From contig NC_083277.1 in the NCBI RefSeq assembly GCF_963506605.1, forward strand, positions 1,612,001-1,676,000: 64,000 nt of DNA. Reading direction: 5' to 3'. Shown piece by piece: positions 47,945-64,000 of this stretch. The notes under the pieces were generated by a model. That model had not been told where the DNA came from, did not search any database, and worked only from the letters and a program-made list of their open reading frames with translations. The translations under genes and the position numbers were made by a program. Origin of the DNA: Zootoca vivipara. Taxonomy: Eukaryota. Every line of letters begins with the position of its first letter. The first letter of the stretch is position 1.

Positions 47945-48665
47945 AAAAGCTAAGCAATTGGCTCCTTACACCTCTCGCCCTGACCTAGCCACTGTGATCC
48001 ATGTGACGGTCACCTCCAGGCTTGATTATTGTAACTCACTCTATGTGGGGCTGCCCTTGAAACTGACCCAGAAACTCCAGCCGGTACAGAATGCCACGGC
48101 AGGACTCCTTACACGGTCCTCGCTGCGGGAGCACATTCATCCGGTGCTATACCAGCTGCACTGGCTTCCGGTGGAGTACAGGATCAGGTTTAAGGTGCTG
48201 GTTTTAATCTTTCAAGCCCTATACGACCTAGGAACCTCGTACCTACAGGACCGCCTCTCCTGGTATGTCCCACAGAGGACCTTATAGTCTTCAAATAAAA
48301 ACATCTTGGAGATCCCGGGCCATAGGGAGGTTAGACTGGCCTTGACCAGAGCCACAGCTTTTTCGGCCGTGGTCCGATCTGGTGGAACGCTCTGTCACAA
48401 TAAACTAGGGCCCTAGTCATCTTTCTGCAGGGCCTGCAAGATGGAGCTTTTCCGCCAGGCCTTTGGCACAGTCTGACCCCCTCTCTCCTTCTGTAATATT
48501 CATAGAACTCCAACCCGATGGTTGCCATTAACTTGATTCTGAATTGATTCTAGAATGTACTTTAATTAATTGACTGTGTGGTTTTATGTGCACTGTGCTA
48601 TTTTTTTACTTGTTAGCCATTCTGAGCCAGGCTTTGGCTGGGAAGGGCAGGATATAAATAAAAAA
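47945..48665 (+). mobile_element. L2 LINE 3' part
   Basis: VTSRLDYCNSLYVGLP...LHWLPVEYRIRFK. Confidence 0.85.
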
Positions 48666-48847
48666 TTACTATTATTACTATTATTATTATTATTATTATT
48701 ATTTGAGATTCCATCATCCCCACCGTGAATCCTGAATGCAGGGATATCAACTGTTTTCTCCGTGAATATTTTTCATTTAATCAAGCTTTTCTGGATCCTG
48801 ACCAAAGAGCTCTGCATAAGGAAGTCAAGAAGGAGAATCATGGAATC

Positions 48848-52657
<3,810 letters not shown>

Positions 52658-52761
52658 TTGGAATGTGGAAAGAGCTTCAGTCAGATTTCCAATCTCAATT
52701 CCCATCAAAGAGTTCATATAGGGGAGAAACCCTATCAGTGATTGGAATTTGAAAATAACTA

Positions 52762-53012
52762 TGGTGTAGTGGTTAAGAGCAGTGAACTCCTAATCTGGTG
52801 AACCGGGTTCGATTTCCTGCTCCTCCACATGCAGCTGCTGGGTGACCTTGCGCTAGTCACACTTCTCTGAAATCTCTCAGCCTCACTCACCTAACAAAGT
52901 GTTTGTTGTGGGGGAGGAAGGGAAAGGAGATTGGTAGCCGCTTTGAGACTCCTTGGAGTACTGATAAAGCGGGATATCAAATCCAAACTCCCCCTCCTCC
53001 TCTTCTTCTTAT
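52762..53012 (+). mobile_element. Squam3-like SINE inserted in decayed zinc-finger repeats after the gene D stop
   Basis: TGGTGTAGTGGTTAAGAGC...GGTTCGATT; finger remnants continue to about 53178. Confidence 0.85.
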
Positions 53013-53199
53013 TATTCAGTTACAGCAATGAACTCACTTCCCATCGAATAATTCATATACAGGGGAGAAACCCTATTGGGGCTTGGAATGTGGAAATAGC
53101 TTCAGTGATAAGAGTAACCACACTTCCCATCAAAGAATTTGTACCGATCAGAAACCATATCAGTGCTTGGAATGTTTAAAGAAGTAATAATAATAACCA

Positions 53200-54190
53200 C
53201 AATTTAGTATTTATACGCTACTCATCTGGCTGGTGTTCCACAGCCACTTTGGGCATCTCCAAACAGAATGTTGAAAACATGATAAAACATCAATCATAAA
53301 ATACTTTCCTAAACACGGCTGCCTTCAGATGTCTTTTAAAAGTCAGGTAGCTTATTTCCTTAACATCAGATGGGAGGGCATTCCACAGGGTGGGTGCCAC
53401 TACCGAGAAGGCCCTCTGCCTAATTCCCTGGAACCTCACTTCTCGCAGTGAAGTAACCACCAGAAGAAAATGTACTAGGAACCACTGTAGGTCTTTCAGG
53501 ACCGGTGTTATATGGTCACAGTGACCATTCCCAGGCAGCAGTCCAGCTGTCACATTCTGGATTAATTGCAGTTTCGGAGTCACCTCCAAAGGTAGCCCCA
53601 CATAGAGCACATTGCAGTAGTCCAAGTGGGAGCTAACTAGAGCATGCACCACTCTGGCAAGACTGTCTGCAGGCAGGGAGGATCTCAGCCTGCTTACCAG
53701 ATGGAGCTGGTAGACAGCTGCCCTGAAAACAGAATTAGCCTGCGCCTCCTTGGATAGCTGAGAGTCCAACATGACCCCCAGGCTGCGCACCTGGTCCTTC
53801 AGGGGCACAGTTACCCCATTCAGGACCAGGGAGTCCCCCACACCGGCCTGTCCCCTGCCCCACCCCCAAAACAGTACTTCTGTCTTGTCCTCCATCTGTT
53901 AATTGCCATTCATCCTCCAACTACTTCCAGACACTCACACAGGACATTCACTGCCTTCACTGGTTCTGATGTAAAAGAGAGGTAGAGCTGGGTATCATCC
54001 TCATATTGAGGAACACCTAGCCTAAATCCCCTGATGATCTCTCGAAGTGGCTTCATATAGATTTTGAAAAGCATGGGGAGAGGGTGGAACCCAGAGGCAC
54101 CCCACAAGTGAGAGCCAAGGGGTCCGAACACACTAGCCCAGCACAACCAAGGCAGTTTCAGTCCCATGATGTGGCCTGAATCCAGATTGA
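53200..54190 (-). mobile_element. L2 LINE 3' part
   Basis: QVRSLGVMLD and LDYCNVLYVGLP, with RT remnants. Confidence 0.85.
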
Positions 54191-54196
54191 AAGGGA

Positions 54197-55419
54197 TGTT
54201 AGCAAGGGATGATGTAGGCCGAGTTTGCCTATGCCTGCGCTAGTTGTGCCTGGAGTTGCTTAGCAACCACCCGCTCAGTCACCTTGCCCCAAAATGGAAG
54301 ATTTGAGACTGGGTGTTTTTTTAAGAAGCGGTTTAATAACCGCCTCTTTCAGCGGGTCTGGGAAGGCCCTCCCTCACAGAGGGAAGCATTCACCACCCCA
54401 AAGATCCTATCACCCAGCCTTTCCCGGCTCACTTTTATTAGCCAGGATAGGCAAAGACCAAGGAGACTGGTGGCTGGTTTCACTCGTCCAAGCAGCCTGT
54501 TCACATCCTAGGAGGTAACAGGTTGGAATTGATCCAATGCCACTTGACTAGACAGGACTCTAGCACTCTCCCGCCCCGGCCCTGCTCCCACGGTGGAGTC
54601 TACCTCCTTCTGAATCTGAGCGACTTTATCTGCAAAAAACCTTTGCAAAATCATTGCAGGAGATCCTGGGGGCCTTTTCAGGTCCCGATGGCGCAGGTGG
54701 CTCCATTAAACTACAAACCACCTGAAAGAGTCTTCTGCTGCTGTTTTCTGCAGATGCAATATAGGCGGTGAATAAGGTTCCCTTCACTGTCGCTATTGCC
54801 ACTTGGTAGGCTTGACATTGAGCTCTAACCCGTGACTGATCTGATTCAGAATTAGTTTTCCGCCATCAGTGCTCTATGCCGGATGTATTACTCATGGGCA
54901 GTCAAGTCACAACATTTCCTAGAGTGACCACATGAGGGGACATCTGACCAGGTCAACATAACACTTCCTGTTGCTGACCTGGAACGGACTTCCTCTTGCA
55001 TGTAACATGAGATGGGTATGACCTCACCTGTGCAGGTAATAAAAGCGCAGGGAGCATCCTCAATTTTCCTCTTTGTGATCGTCCTTCAGAGAAGACACAT
55101 CTAAGTGAGGGATGTTCTCTCTCAGCTCCCAGCCAAGAGAGAGCAACGGATCTATCACCCATATGGGGTAGATTATACCTGTAAATACATTTATCTAAGC
55201 TAGTGCTGCCTTTCTGAGATCATGCTGTAGCTCAGGAACGTCTGTGAGCAAACTCTTTTTACTTTTAAAGAGAATTGTATTGTGTATTTTCTTTTAAGAG
55301 TGATAAAGGGATTATACCAGGAATATATATTATTTTAGAGGCTTTAGCAAGCCTGCGCCACCACTTTTGCTGTGTTTAAATGGGAATGAAAACTCTGCTA
55401 GTTTGGAAACTTTTTAACA
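54197..55419. mobile_element. Possible LTR-like insert between L2 fragments
   Basis: TGTTA...TAACA termini but no clear TSD. Confidence 0.3.
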
Positions 55420-55469
55420 CAAGTTAGCATAGGACATATTAGACAATATCTCCTCATCCACATCCCTGA

Positions 55470-56010
55470 ACATTCCCACACTCTAGATGTCTCAGCCATT
55501 CTTTCATCGCCCTCACCTCTGGGGGAAACCATGGGGCTGTCCAGGCTCCATGCAATTGGATAGGGCGCTTTGGGGCCAGACAGTCGATAGCCCTGGTTAA
55601 CTCCGCATTCCAGCAGGCCACCAGGGAATCAGCTGAAAGGCCATCAGAATGGGTTGACGTGCCTAAGAAAAACCTGATAGACAAGCAGCGGCAAGAACAT
55701 GTCCATCTGCTTCAACCAACCAAGTATTCGTTACACATGCCAGGTCCTTCATCCACGATCAAGTCCTGGATGGCCGCTGTCTTGTGAATCATTGACCTGG
55801 CATTGCACAGCAGCACCTTCAGGTCATGTGGACCTCCCTTGTTGATTCCAGTATCGTTCCAGTCAAGACCAGACCCGGAGGCAGGGATGGTCTTCAAACA
55901 ATGACAAAACCCGCCATGACACGGTCTGGGCTTAGCGTAACTCCTCCTTCTGCCCATGATCACCAAGATCGGGTGTCCCAGATAATCCCCCCCCCCCGGT
56001 GGAACTTGCC
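55470..56010 (-). mobile_element. L2 endonuclease-region fragments
   Basis: LKVLLCNARSMIHKTAAIQDLI and WNAELTRAIDCLAPKRP. Confidence 0.75.
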
Positions 56011-56542
56011 CCAGCCATTCTGTTGGCAAGACCCCACTCCCAGGCTGCCCTAATCGTACAGAATACAAACTATACAAGAAACCAATACAAGAAACTAATT
56101 TTTTTTACAAATTAACTTTATACTAAAATTAAACTAATCTTCAGCCACAAAACACCACAGATTGAAAACTATTTTAAAAAAATTAAAAGCATTTTTGACA
56201 TTTGCTCCAATCCCAGAGTTTGTTCCAGTGAGTTTGAGCTCTTCATAATTCATAGCAGGGCAACATCCCTCCGCCCTTCCAGGAATTCACGCCAGGGCAG
56301 GAAGCATATCAGTGTTTGGAAAGTGGAATAAGCTTCACTGTCCTAGAGAAACAGTCTCACTGCCCAATCATAGAATTGTAGAGTTGCGAGTAACCCTGGC
56401 GTCATCCAGTCTAACCCTCTGCAACACAGGAATCTCAATTCAGGGATCCCTAAGAGATAAAAAACCACCAGTGAAGGAGAGACCGCAAACTCCAGAGGGA
56501 GACCAGTCTACTGTGAAACAGCAAAAACCACCAGAAAGTTCT

Positions 56543-57007
56543 AGTTACAGGTAGGTAGCTGTGTTGGTCGGCCATAGTCAAAACAAAATAAAAAAATTTT
56601 TAAAAATTCCTTCCAGTAGCACCTTAAAGGTAAAAGGACCCATGACCATTAGGTCCAGTCGTGGGGTTGTGGCGCTCATCTCACATTATTGGCCGAGGGA
56701 GCCGGCATACAGCTTCCAGGTCATGTGGCCAGCATGACTAAGACGCTTCTGGCAAACCAGAGCAACACACGGAAACACCGTTTACCTTCCTGCTTATAGC
56801 GGTACCTATTTATCTACTTGCACTTTGACATGCTTTTGAACTGCTCAGTTGGCAGGGGCTGGGACCAAGCAACAGGAGCTCACCCCGTCGCAAGGATTCA
56901 AACCGCTGACTTTCTGATCGGCAAGCACTAGGCTCAGTGGTTTAGACCACAGCGCCACCCGCATCCCTAGAGCACCTTAGAGACCAACTAAGTTTGTCAT
57001 TGGTATG
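56543..57007 (-). mobile_element. Penelope pLTR fragment interrupted by a Sauria SINE (56627-56967)
   Basis: AGTTACAGGTAGGTAGC end; SINE TSD AGCACCTTA. Confidence 0.85.
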
Positions 57008-58199
57008 TTTGTCGTAACACTACATTGGATTATTCCATTTTCTTTTAAGCGTATTGCCTAGCTAATCTGAAAAGGCCTGTGCCTGCTTCCTTTTACAGTA
57101 CAGAAGGAGCTGGTTTTAGGTCCTGTACGTACGGTAGTAAAAGTTGGTTCTGGAACCTTGAAAAGAATAAAGTGTTGGCCACTATGGGGACCATTGAATG
57201 CATGAAAGGAGAATCGGCTAGGCGTGGCAATTGTGATTCATCTTGAATTGATTTTAAGACAGATGAAAGGAGACATTGGAAGACTTTTAGTCAATAGGAA
57301 TATTAGCCAAAGTCTTAATAAAGAAAGACACAAGAAATAGTTATATGTAATCACATGATGACATGATGAGGGCTGATCTGAAGAGCCAAATGATTTTGGT
57401 TGGTTCAGGATGATGACCTTGGGTTGCAACTTTTAAGATTGCTGCGATCCTTTGATTGGAGAATATGACATGTGCAATTTGGAAGTGTATTTAAAACAAC
57501 AACAACAACATTGTTTTGGATGTGGTTCTTTTCATGCACATTTGTATTTCAATAAAGGCCTTTCTTTTCAATGGGGGACTGCATCCTTTTCTCTTGGGTT
57601 TCTGTGTGGGTAACCTCCAGTCTGTACTCTAGTATTCCAGCCACAGTCCCCTTGGGACAGAGAGGACCATTAGTAGAGCATTTTAGTCATGGTAGCAATG
57701 CTCCGCGTCAGACGGGATTCTTGCCGTGCCCTCCATGTGGAGCTGCCCTTGAAGACGACTTGGAAGCTGGTCCAAAATGCAGCGGCCAGATTATCGGCTG
57801 TGCCCCCCCCCCTTTACTAATGACATTTCTCTCCCACCTTTTTCTCCAAGGTGCTCAAGGTGGCATCAACGGGTCTGCCCCACTCATTGAATCCCACAGC
57901 AGCCTTTCAGTACACATTTCAGAACTCATACAGTGATCAGCAATAATAAACTGTATGTTGTAGATATTCCTGCTATTTTTGTGATACAAATGGAATGAAA
58001 TGACTTGGTCTATTCACCTGCATCTTTCATTATTCCCACAATCCTTGTTAATAAAACCCCAAAAAAATGTTATTTCAAAAAGAAAGGGAAAAGACAACAC
58101 AGGTGTAGCAGTTAAGAGCAGTGAACTCATAATATAACTCCCCACCTCTCCACATGCAGCTACATGGTGACCTTGGGCTACTCATAACAACAACAATTT

Positions 58200-58700
58200 A
58201 TTATTTGTACTTAAAATACATTAAAATGTCACACATTAAAAACTTCCCTGAACAGGGCTGTCTTCAGATGTCTTCTAAATGTCAGGTAGTTATATTTATC
58301 TCTTTGACATCTGATGGGAGGGCGTTCCACAGGGCAGGTGCCACTACCGATAAGGCCCTCTGCCTGGTTCCCTGTAGCTTTGCTTCTCGCAGTGAGGGAA
58401 CCGCCAGAAGGCCCTCGGAGCTGGACCTCAGTCTCCAGGCAGAACGATGGGGGTGGAGACGCTCCTTCTGGTATACTGGACCGAGGCCGTTTAGTGCTTT
58501 AAAGGTCAACGCCAACACTTTGAGATGTGCTCAGAAACGTACTGGGAGCCAATGTACGTCTTTCAGGATCGGTGTTATGTGGTCTTGGCGGCCGCTCCCA
58601 GCCACCAGTCTAGCTACCACATTCTGGATTTGTTGTAGTTTCCGGGTCACCTTCAAAGGTAGCCCCACGTAGAGCGCATTGCAGTAGTCCAAGCGGGTAT
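58200..58700 (-). mobile_element. L2 LINE 3' part
   Basis: RLDYCNALYVGLPLKV and LSVVAPALWNALP. Confidence 0.85.
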
Positions 58701-58977
58701 CAAATTCAAATCCAAACTCAAATCCAAATGCACATGCCCCAGGCCACACCTGCGCTGCATATGCAAACAGGATCAGGCCACTTTAAAGAGTTCTGCCTTC
58801 CTCCAAAAATCCTGGGAACCATAGTTTGCTGAGGGTCCTGAGGCGTCCCCACCTTGAGTGGTTTAGCAATCCCTCCTTCTTTCCAGGGTGGAGGGGGCTG
58901 GTGAGAGAGGGTCTCCCAGCAACTCTAAGCACTTGGGGTGGGGGTGTCCATAGTGACCTTCCAAGGGAGACCGGTCC

Positions 58978-59185
58978 ACTGTCAAACATACCCAGCTCCT
59001 TCAACCGCTCCTCATAAGGCTTACCTTCCAGACCCTTGATCATCTTGGTCGCCCTCCTCTGCAAACCTTCCAGCTGGTCAACATCCCTCTTAAATTGTGA
59101 TGCCCAGAATTGGACACAGGATTCCAGGCATGGTCTGACCAAGGAAGAATAGGGTGGCACTATGGCTTCCCTTGATCTGGGGAGT
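58978..59185 (-). mobile_element. CR1 fragment
   Basis: [16 protein letters not shown]...[12 protein letters not shown]. Confidence 0.8.
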
Positions 59186-59559
59186 ATACAGCTTTGTCTG
59201 CTGAAGAGCCCCTCTTTTCCCTAGGTCTCTGTGTGGGCCCCTTCTGCTTGCATTTACTCTCCGGGTGACAAAGCAGCCGGTACGGGTGCAAACCGCCCTC
59301 CCCTGTGAGGGAATCATTAATCTCTGAGGAGATCAGGGCATAGCCTGGATTTTTGTTATGGGGTGCATATCCTGGGAGACCACTCTAACCACTAGGCCAT
59401 CCTAGCCCTTCGGTCCTGTTCACTCTTCCCTCCCCTCGACAAGCGGCCCTTGAGAGGCAGCCTCCCTGGTAGGACCTGATCCTGGACGAGACCCCTCTCC
59501 TGGCAGGCATCCGATACCTTGAGGCTGCGAGTTCCGCAGGTCAGCCCATGCCATAGCTG

Positions 59560-59956
59560 CCAAGTCTCCCGTTTTCCCCGGGAAAACCCCGATTTTAAAG
59601 CCATTCCCCGCTGTCATCCCGAATGGGGAAATATCCCGTAATAACCCCGTAATTTTTTGCAAACCGAGCCAGGAAGTGTGCGCGCGAGTATCACTCTTTA
59701 CTTTTTCCTATCTCTATGGCCATGCAAACCGAGCCAGGAAGTGCGCGTGCATGTATCACTCTTTACTTTTACTTTTCCTATCTCTATGGACACGTTCGCT
59801 CCGTCTTCCCGGCTCGGTCTTCCTGCCTCCGCGTTTCCTTTTGCAGCCCGGGACCAGGAAGAGTGTGTGGCGATTCTTTCGCTTGTCCTCCCGCCAAGCG
59901 CCTTTCCTTCCTGGTCCCCAGCAACTGTTCCTTGTGCTGCGGTGCCTCTGGTGAGT
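59560..59956 (+). promoter_or_regulatory. CpG-island promoter with a tandemly duplicated motif block and a putative non-coding first exon (donor at 59951)
   Basis: The unit TGCAAACCGAGCCAGGAAGTG...TTTTCCTATCTCTATGG occurs at 59658-59719 and 59723-59789; donor CTG|GTGAGT. Confidence 0.6.
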
Positions 59957-60639
59957 GCAGGAGCCATGACGGGCTCAAGGTCCTAATTTTGGGGGGAGGC
60001 GCTTCTTGCCCTCTAAACTTTGCTTTGTGCTGGGAAGGGAAATAGCTACAACTTCAGTACAAATGTTGGCAGCAGCAAATTTCTATTTTTAAACTCCTCC
60101 TTGCTGTGGCAAAGTCTCCAGCCCAGGTATATATAGCGGAGTTTTAAATGACTAATTTAGAGGTCAGAAAGATAAACAACTACCTGGCATTTAGAAAATA
60201 CTGTGTTTTAGACAGGGGGAAGAGGGATTTATCCATACTGTGCAGTATAACATGAGACCACATATGTTTGGGGGAGCTATGTTAGCTGATATTACAAATC
60301 AAAACAAATAAGCAGATTTTAATTTGCCTATTTGGTGCCTGGATGTTCCTTAAAAACATCTCTTGTAGAACTCATTGTAATGACCCTTGAAATATTTTTT
60401 TTAAAATCTGCATTGATAAAACAGGTCAAATTTTGCAGAGATTCTTGGTCTTCTGAGTATAAGGTAAATTTTTGTTATTTTGTGTGTAAATATGTTGCAA
60501 TTGATAATGAAGATTATGGGGTTAATATCCCCCTTTGAAAGTCATAAAAAACATTCTTGCTATTGATAGTTATTGTTTTGAGTTTTTTGTGTTTTACAGT
60601 CAAGAATACAATAAAGCAAATCATTTTTTAATTTGTCAG

Positions 60640-61010
60640 TCAAGCATGAGACTCTTAATCGTGGATTTGAGACCTATGTTGGGCAAATGATTCCTGCCTT
60701 GTAGGGGGTTGGACTAGATGACCCTTGTGGTCCCTTCCAACTCTACAGTTCTATGATTTTATTAAATAAATAGGGCTGTGATAAGGTATACCAGGAGCAA
60801 TTTGCCTGCTTGGCGGTGTTGGAAGCCACCTTTTGGGGGCTTCCTTTGAGCTCAAAACCTTATACTGTATATAATTGTGGAGTTGGAAGGGGTTCCCAGG
60901 GTCATCTAGTCCAACCCTCTGCAATGCAGGAATATGCAGCTGTCCCATACGGGGATCGAACCTGTGACGTTGACGTTCTCAGCACCACGCTGTAACCAAC
61001 TGAGCTATGC
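60640..61010. mobile_element. Two tRNA-head/CR1-tail SINEs tail-to-tail (about 60640-60757 on +, Lys-like; about 60873-61010 on -, Ile-like)
   Basis: tRNA-like heads followed by a CR1-type tail GGGTTGGACTAGATGACC...CCTTCCAACTC. Confidence 0.75.
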
Positions 61011-61437
61011 ATGTACCTTGTCTTCCAACAAAATATGCCCAGAGGCAGCTTGTGTTTGCAAAGTGGCGAGGCAGAGATGACTTTCTGCACATGCTCAGAA
61101 GTGTGCTTACTAGTTTCCAAGGGCTCAAATCAGGCCACCCTTGCTCCCTAATCCTTCAAGAATGAGCACAAATGCAAGGTCTCCCGCCTCCCTCAATCTC
61201 TTGCTGAGCTCAGCCTTCCTCACTAGGAGCAGAGCCATAAGGATGGCTGAGCAATGTTCTCCGGCTTGCTAGGAAAACATCTGGGATTCTGGAGAGACAT
61301 TTTGCAGAACGTTCCACTGCCACAAGCTCTGAGCCAGTGGAGGGAGCCGGCAAACGGCCAGAAATTTTGCAGAAGGAAAACAAAGTCTAGCCCTCAAGGC
61401 AAAACAAAATGTACGCAAGGTGGGTTTGGCCTGTTCG

Positions 61438-62688
61438 TCATAGAATCATAGAGTTGGAAGAGACCACAAGGGCCATCCAATCCAACCCCCTGCCAAGCAG
61501 GAAACACCATCAAAGCATTCTTGACATATGCCTGTCAAGCCTCTGCTTAAAGACCTCCAAAGAAGGAGACTGCACCACACTCCTTGGCAGCAAATTCCAC
61601 AGTCGAACAGCTCTTACTGTCAGGAAGTTCTTCCTAATGTTTAGGTGGAATCTTCTTTCTTGTAGTTTGAATCCATTGCTGTGTCTGCTTCTCTGGAGCA
61701 GCAGAAAACAACCTTTCTCCCTCCTCTATATGACATTCTTTTATATATTTGAACATGGCTATCATATCACCCCTTAACCTTCTCTTCTCCAGGCTAAACA
61801 TACCCAGCTCCCTAAGCCGTTCCTCATAAGGCATCGTTTCCAGGCCTTTGACCATTTTGGTTGTCCTCCTCTGGACACGTTGTCAGTATCCTTCTTGAAC
61901 TGTGGTGCCCAGAACTGGACACAGTACTCCAGGTGAGGTCTGACCAGAGCAGAATACAGTGGTACTATTACTTCCCTTGATCTAGATGCTATTCTCCTAT
62001 TGATGCAGCCCAGAATTGCATTGGCTTTTTTAGCTGCTGCATCACACTGTTGACTCATGTCAAGTTTGTGGTCTACCAAGACTCCTAGATCCTTTTCACA
62101 TGTACTGCTCTCAAGCCAGGTGTCTCCCATCCTGTATTTGTGCCTTTCATTTTTTTTTGCCCAAGTGTAGTACTTTACATTTCTCCTTGTTAAAATTCAT
62201 CTTGTTTGCTTTGGCCCAGTTGTCTAATCTGTTAAGGTCATTCTGAAGTGTGATCCTGTCCTCTGGGGTGTTAGCCACCCCTCCCAATTTGGTGTCATCT
62301 GCAAACTTGCTCAGGATGCCCTCAAGCCCATCATCCAAGTCATTGATAAAGATGTTGAATAAGACTGGGCCCAAGACAGAACCCTGTGGCACCCCACTAG
62401 TCACTACTCTCCAGGATGAAGAGGAGCCATTGATGAGCACCCTTTGGGTTCGGTCAGTCAGCCAGTTAAAAATCCACTGAATGGTAGCATTGTCTAGCCC
62501 GCATTTTACCAGCTTCTTTACAAGAATATCATGGGGCACCTTGTCAAAGGCCTTGCTGAAATCAAGATAGGCTATATTCACAGCATTCCCTTCATCTACC
62601 AGGCTTGTAATTCTGTCAAAAACTGAGATCAGATTAGTCTGACACGACTTATTTTTCAGAAACCCATGCTGACTTATTTTTCAGAAAC
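61438..62688 (-). mobile_element. CR1 LINE, 5'-truncated and frameshifted; same subfamily as 9794-10938
   Basis: [14 protein letters not shown] and an ATTCTATG tail. Confidence 0.93.
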
Positions 62689-62851
62689 TCAAGCAGCAAC
62701 ACCAGGATTCCTAGGAGGGGGGTGGCTTCTGAAGAGAGGTGCAAACTTATACGTGCTTGGGTTGCAGGCCAACCCCTCCACCCTCCGCATTAGATAGGGA
62801 GAGAAAAGGACCGGCGCTGGGTCCTTTCGGTGCCCAGACATGTGCAGAGCC

Positions 62852-62909
62852 GGCACCGGAAGTCGCTTCTGCGCATGTCCAGACATGCGTAGAAACGACT
62901 TCCGGTGCC
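62852..62909. repeat. 58-bp palindrome with two inverted ETS sites
   Basis: 28-nt arms with 2 mismatches, beginning GGCACCGGAAGTCG. Confidence 0.8.
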
Positions 62910-63079
62910 ACACCGCTGGGTGAGTCTGTGATCCCTTATTTTTCAATGCTGAACTTGGCAGCTATGGCCCATGCAGCCTTTCACCTGTTGTAGCCAGCGG
63001 TGTAGTGCCTGCCTGCCTGCAGGGGGCGCCCGTGTGCCCTCAGAAGGAGATTTGGGCTCCGTGGGGTGGAAGGGGGGGA

Positions 63080-64000
63080 AGCCCCTGAGCGCAGGCGCAG
63101 AAGCAGGGAAACTGCAGGCAGGGAGAGGGAAGGGCGGTCTCGGCTTGGCAAGGGTTAAAAGGAGCAGAGCTGGATTCCTAGAGAGGACAGGAAGTGAAGG
63201 GGGAGGGGCAAGGTCCTCCATGGCGGAATTCCCTCCCCCCCCATCTCTGCCTGTCAGCCGAGAGGAGGTTGCCTTCTTCTCTCTCCTTTGCAAAAGCCCC
63301 TCCTGGAATCGGGTGAGTCTCCTCTCTCTTCCCCCGGAGGGTGCAATGGGGAGAAAGGGGTCCGAGGGGTGGAGGGAGGGTGAATGGGGGTCCCTGTTCA
63401 GATCATGACTGGTGGGGGGAGACCCCCAAGTCAGGGAACAGAGGGGCCTCCTTTGTCCTCTCTGCCAAGCCAGGAGGTCAACACCTCTGTTCTTCCTTTG
63501 GATCCAGAGGCTGCCTTCCTTTATGGGGAGGGGGCTTTGGGTCAAGGAACACTGGGCATGAAGATAAACCCCCTTCAGATCTGGGGATAAGTCACATTTG
63601 TTAACGCTGTTCCCAGACAGAACAGGGAGAAGAAAAGCCCTTCTGCATCTGCAACAGCTGGTTCTCACTCCCAAAGGCACCCTCTTCCTTTATCTCCCAA
63701 GACAGATGGAGGCCAACGAAGGAACCATCCCCCCCCTCACAATGCACAATGGGGCTTTCCTGCCCCTCTCCTCCCTCTCCTGGTGTCCCTTGAATTTGGC
63801 TTGAGGGCATTGGGAGGGTCCACCCCACCAGATGATGTGAGAGGAGGTCCTTCCATCTGGAAAATGGGAATGCTTGTGAAGAAGAATGCTGTATAATCAT
63901 AATCATGAAATTATTGTGATGTGAAATTCCCCCATTTACACAAAGCATTAAAATTGCTCCATTACGAAGTTGAAATAAGCATGCAGGAAAAGAATAGAAT
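63080..64000 (+). other. 5' non-coding region of a fifth ZNF paralog (gene E), duplicate of 43645-44678
   Basis: Colinear similarity to the gene D 5' region. By colinearity a KRAB-A-like exon should begin about 80 nt beyond the window end. Confidence 0.7.

Noticed and set aside
60945-61010. tRNA-Ile-like sequence; also tRNA-like heads at about 21270-21325 and 52762-52825
   Set aside because: They are SINE heads attached to LINE-derived tails, with disrupted cloverleaves.

Overview
This is vertebrate genomic DNA, inferred to be a squamate and probably a lacertid lizard, based on its Sauria SINE, Squam3-like SINE, BovB and Penelope content. It lies in the extended MHC class II region. The left end holds VPS52 exon 1 (- strand), head-to-head across a CpG-island promoter with a complete 6-exon RPS18 (+, 152 aa). 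Downstream is a nest of retroelements: a Helitron, L1 debris, a Penelope element split by a CR1, a truncated sushi/Tf1-type gypsy element and a solo LTR. A C2H2 zinc-finger cluster follows. It contains three intact SCAN-KRAB-ZF genes on - (A 612 aa, B 537 aa, C 925 aa), a divergently oriented ZF gene D on + that has lost SCAN and has only decayed KRAB exons, and the 5' end of a fifth paralog. The most notable observations are: (1) three MHC class II beta-1 (exon 2) relics co-duplicated with the ZNF units; (2) Penelope-derived hammerhead ribozyme motifs in sense orientation in the gene A 3' UTR and in a 173-bp fold-back next to the gene C 3' splice site; (3) a complete self-priming structure plus a PEG10-like -1 frameshift signal in the gypsy element; (4) a candidate stem-enclosed poison microexon in RPS18 intron 2; (5) near-invariant Ser at zinc-finger helix position +6; (6) an in-frame intron deletion in gene A. 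All calls come from manual reading and no searches were run.
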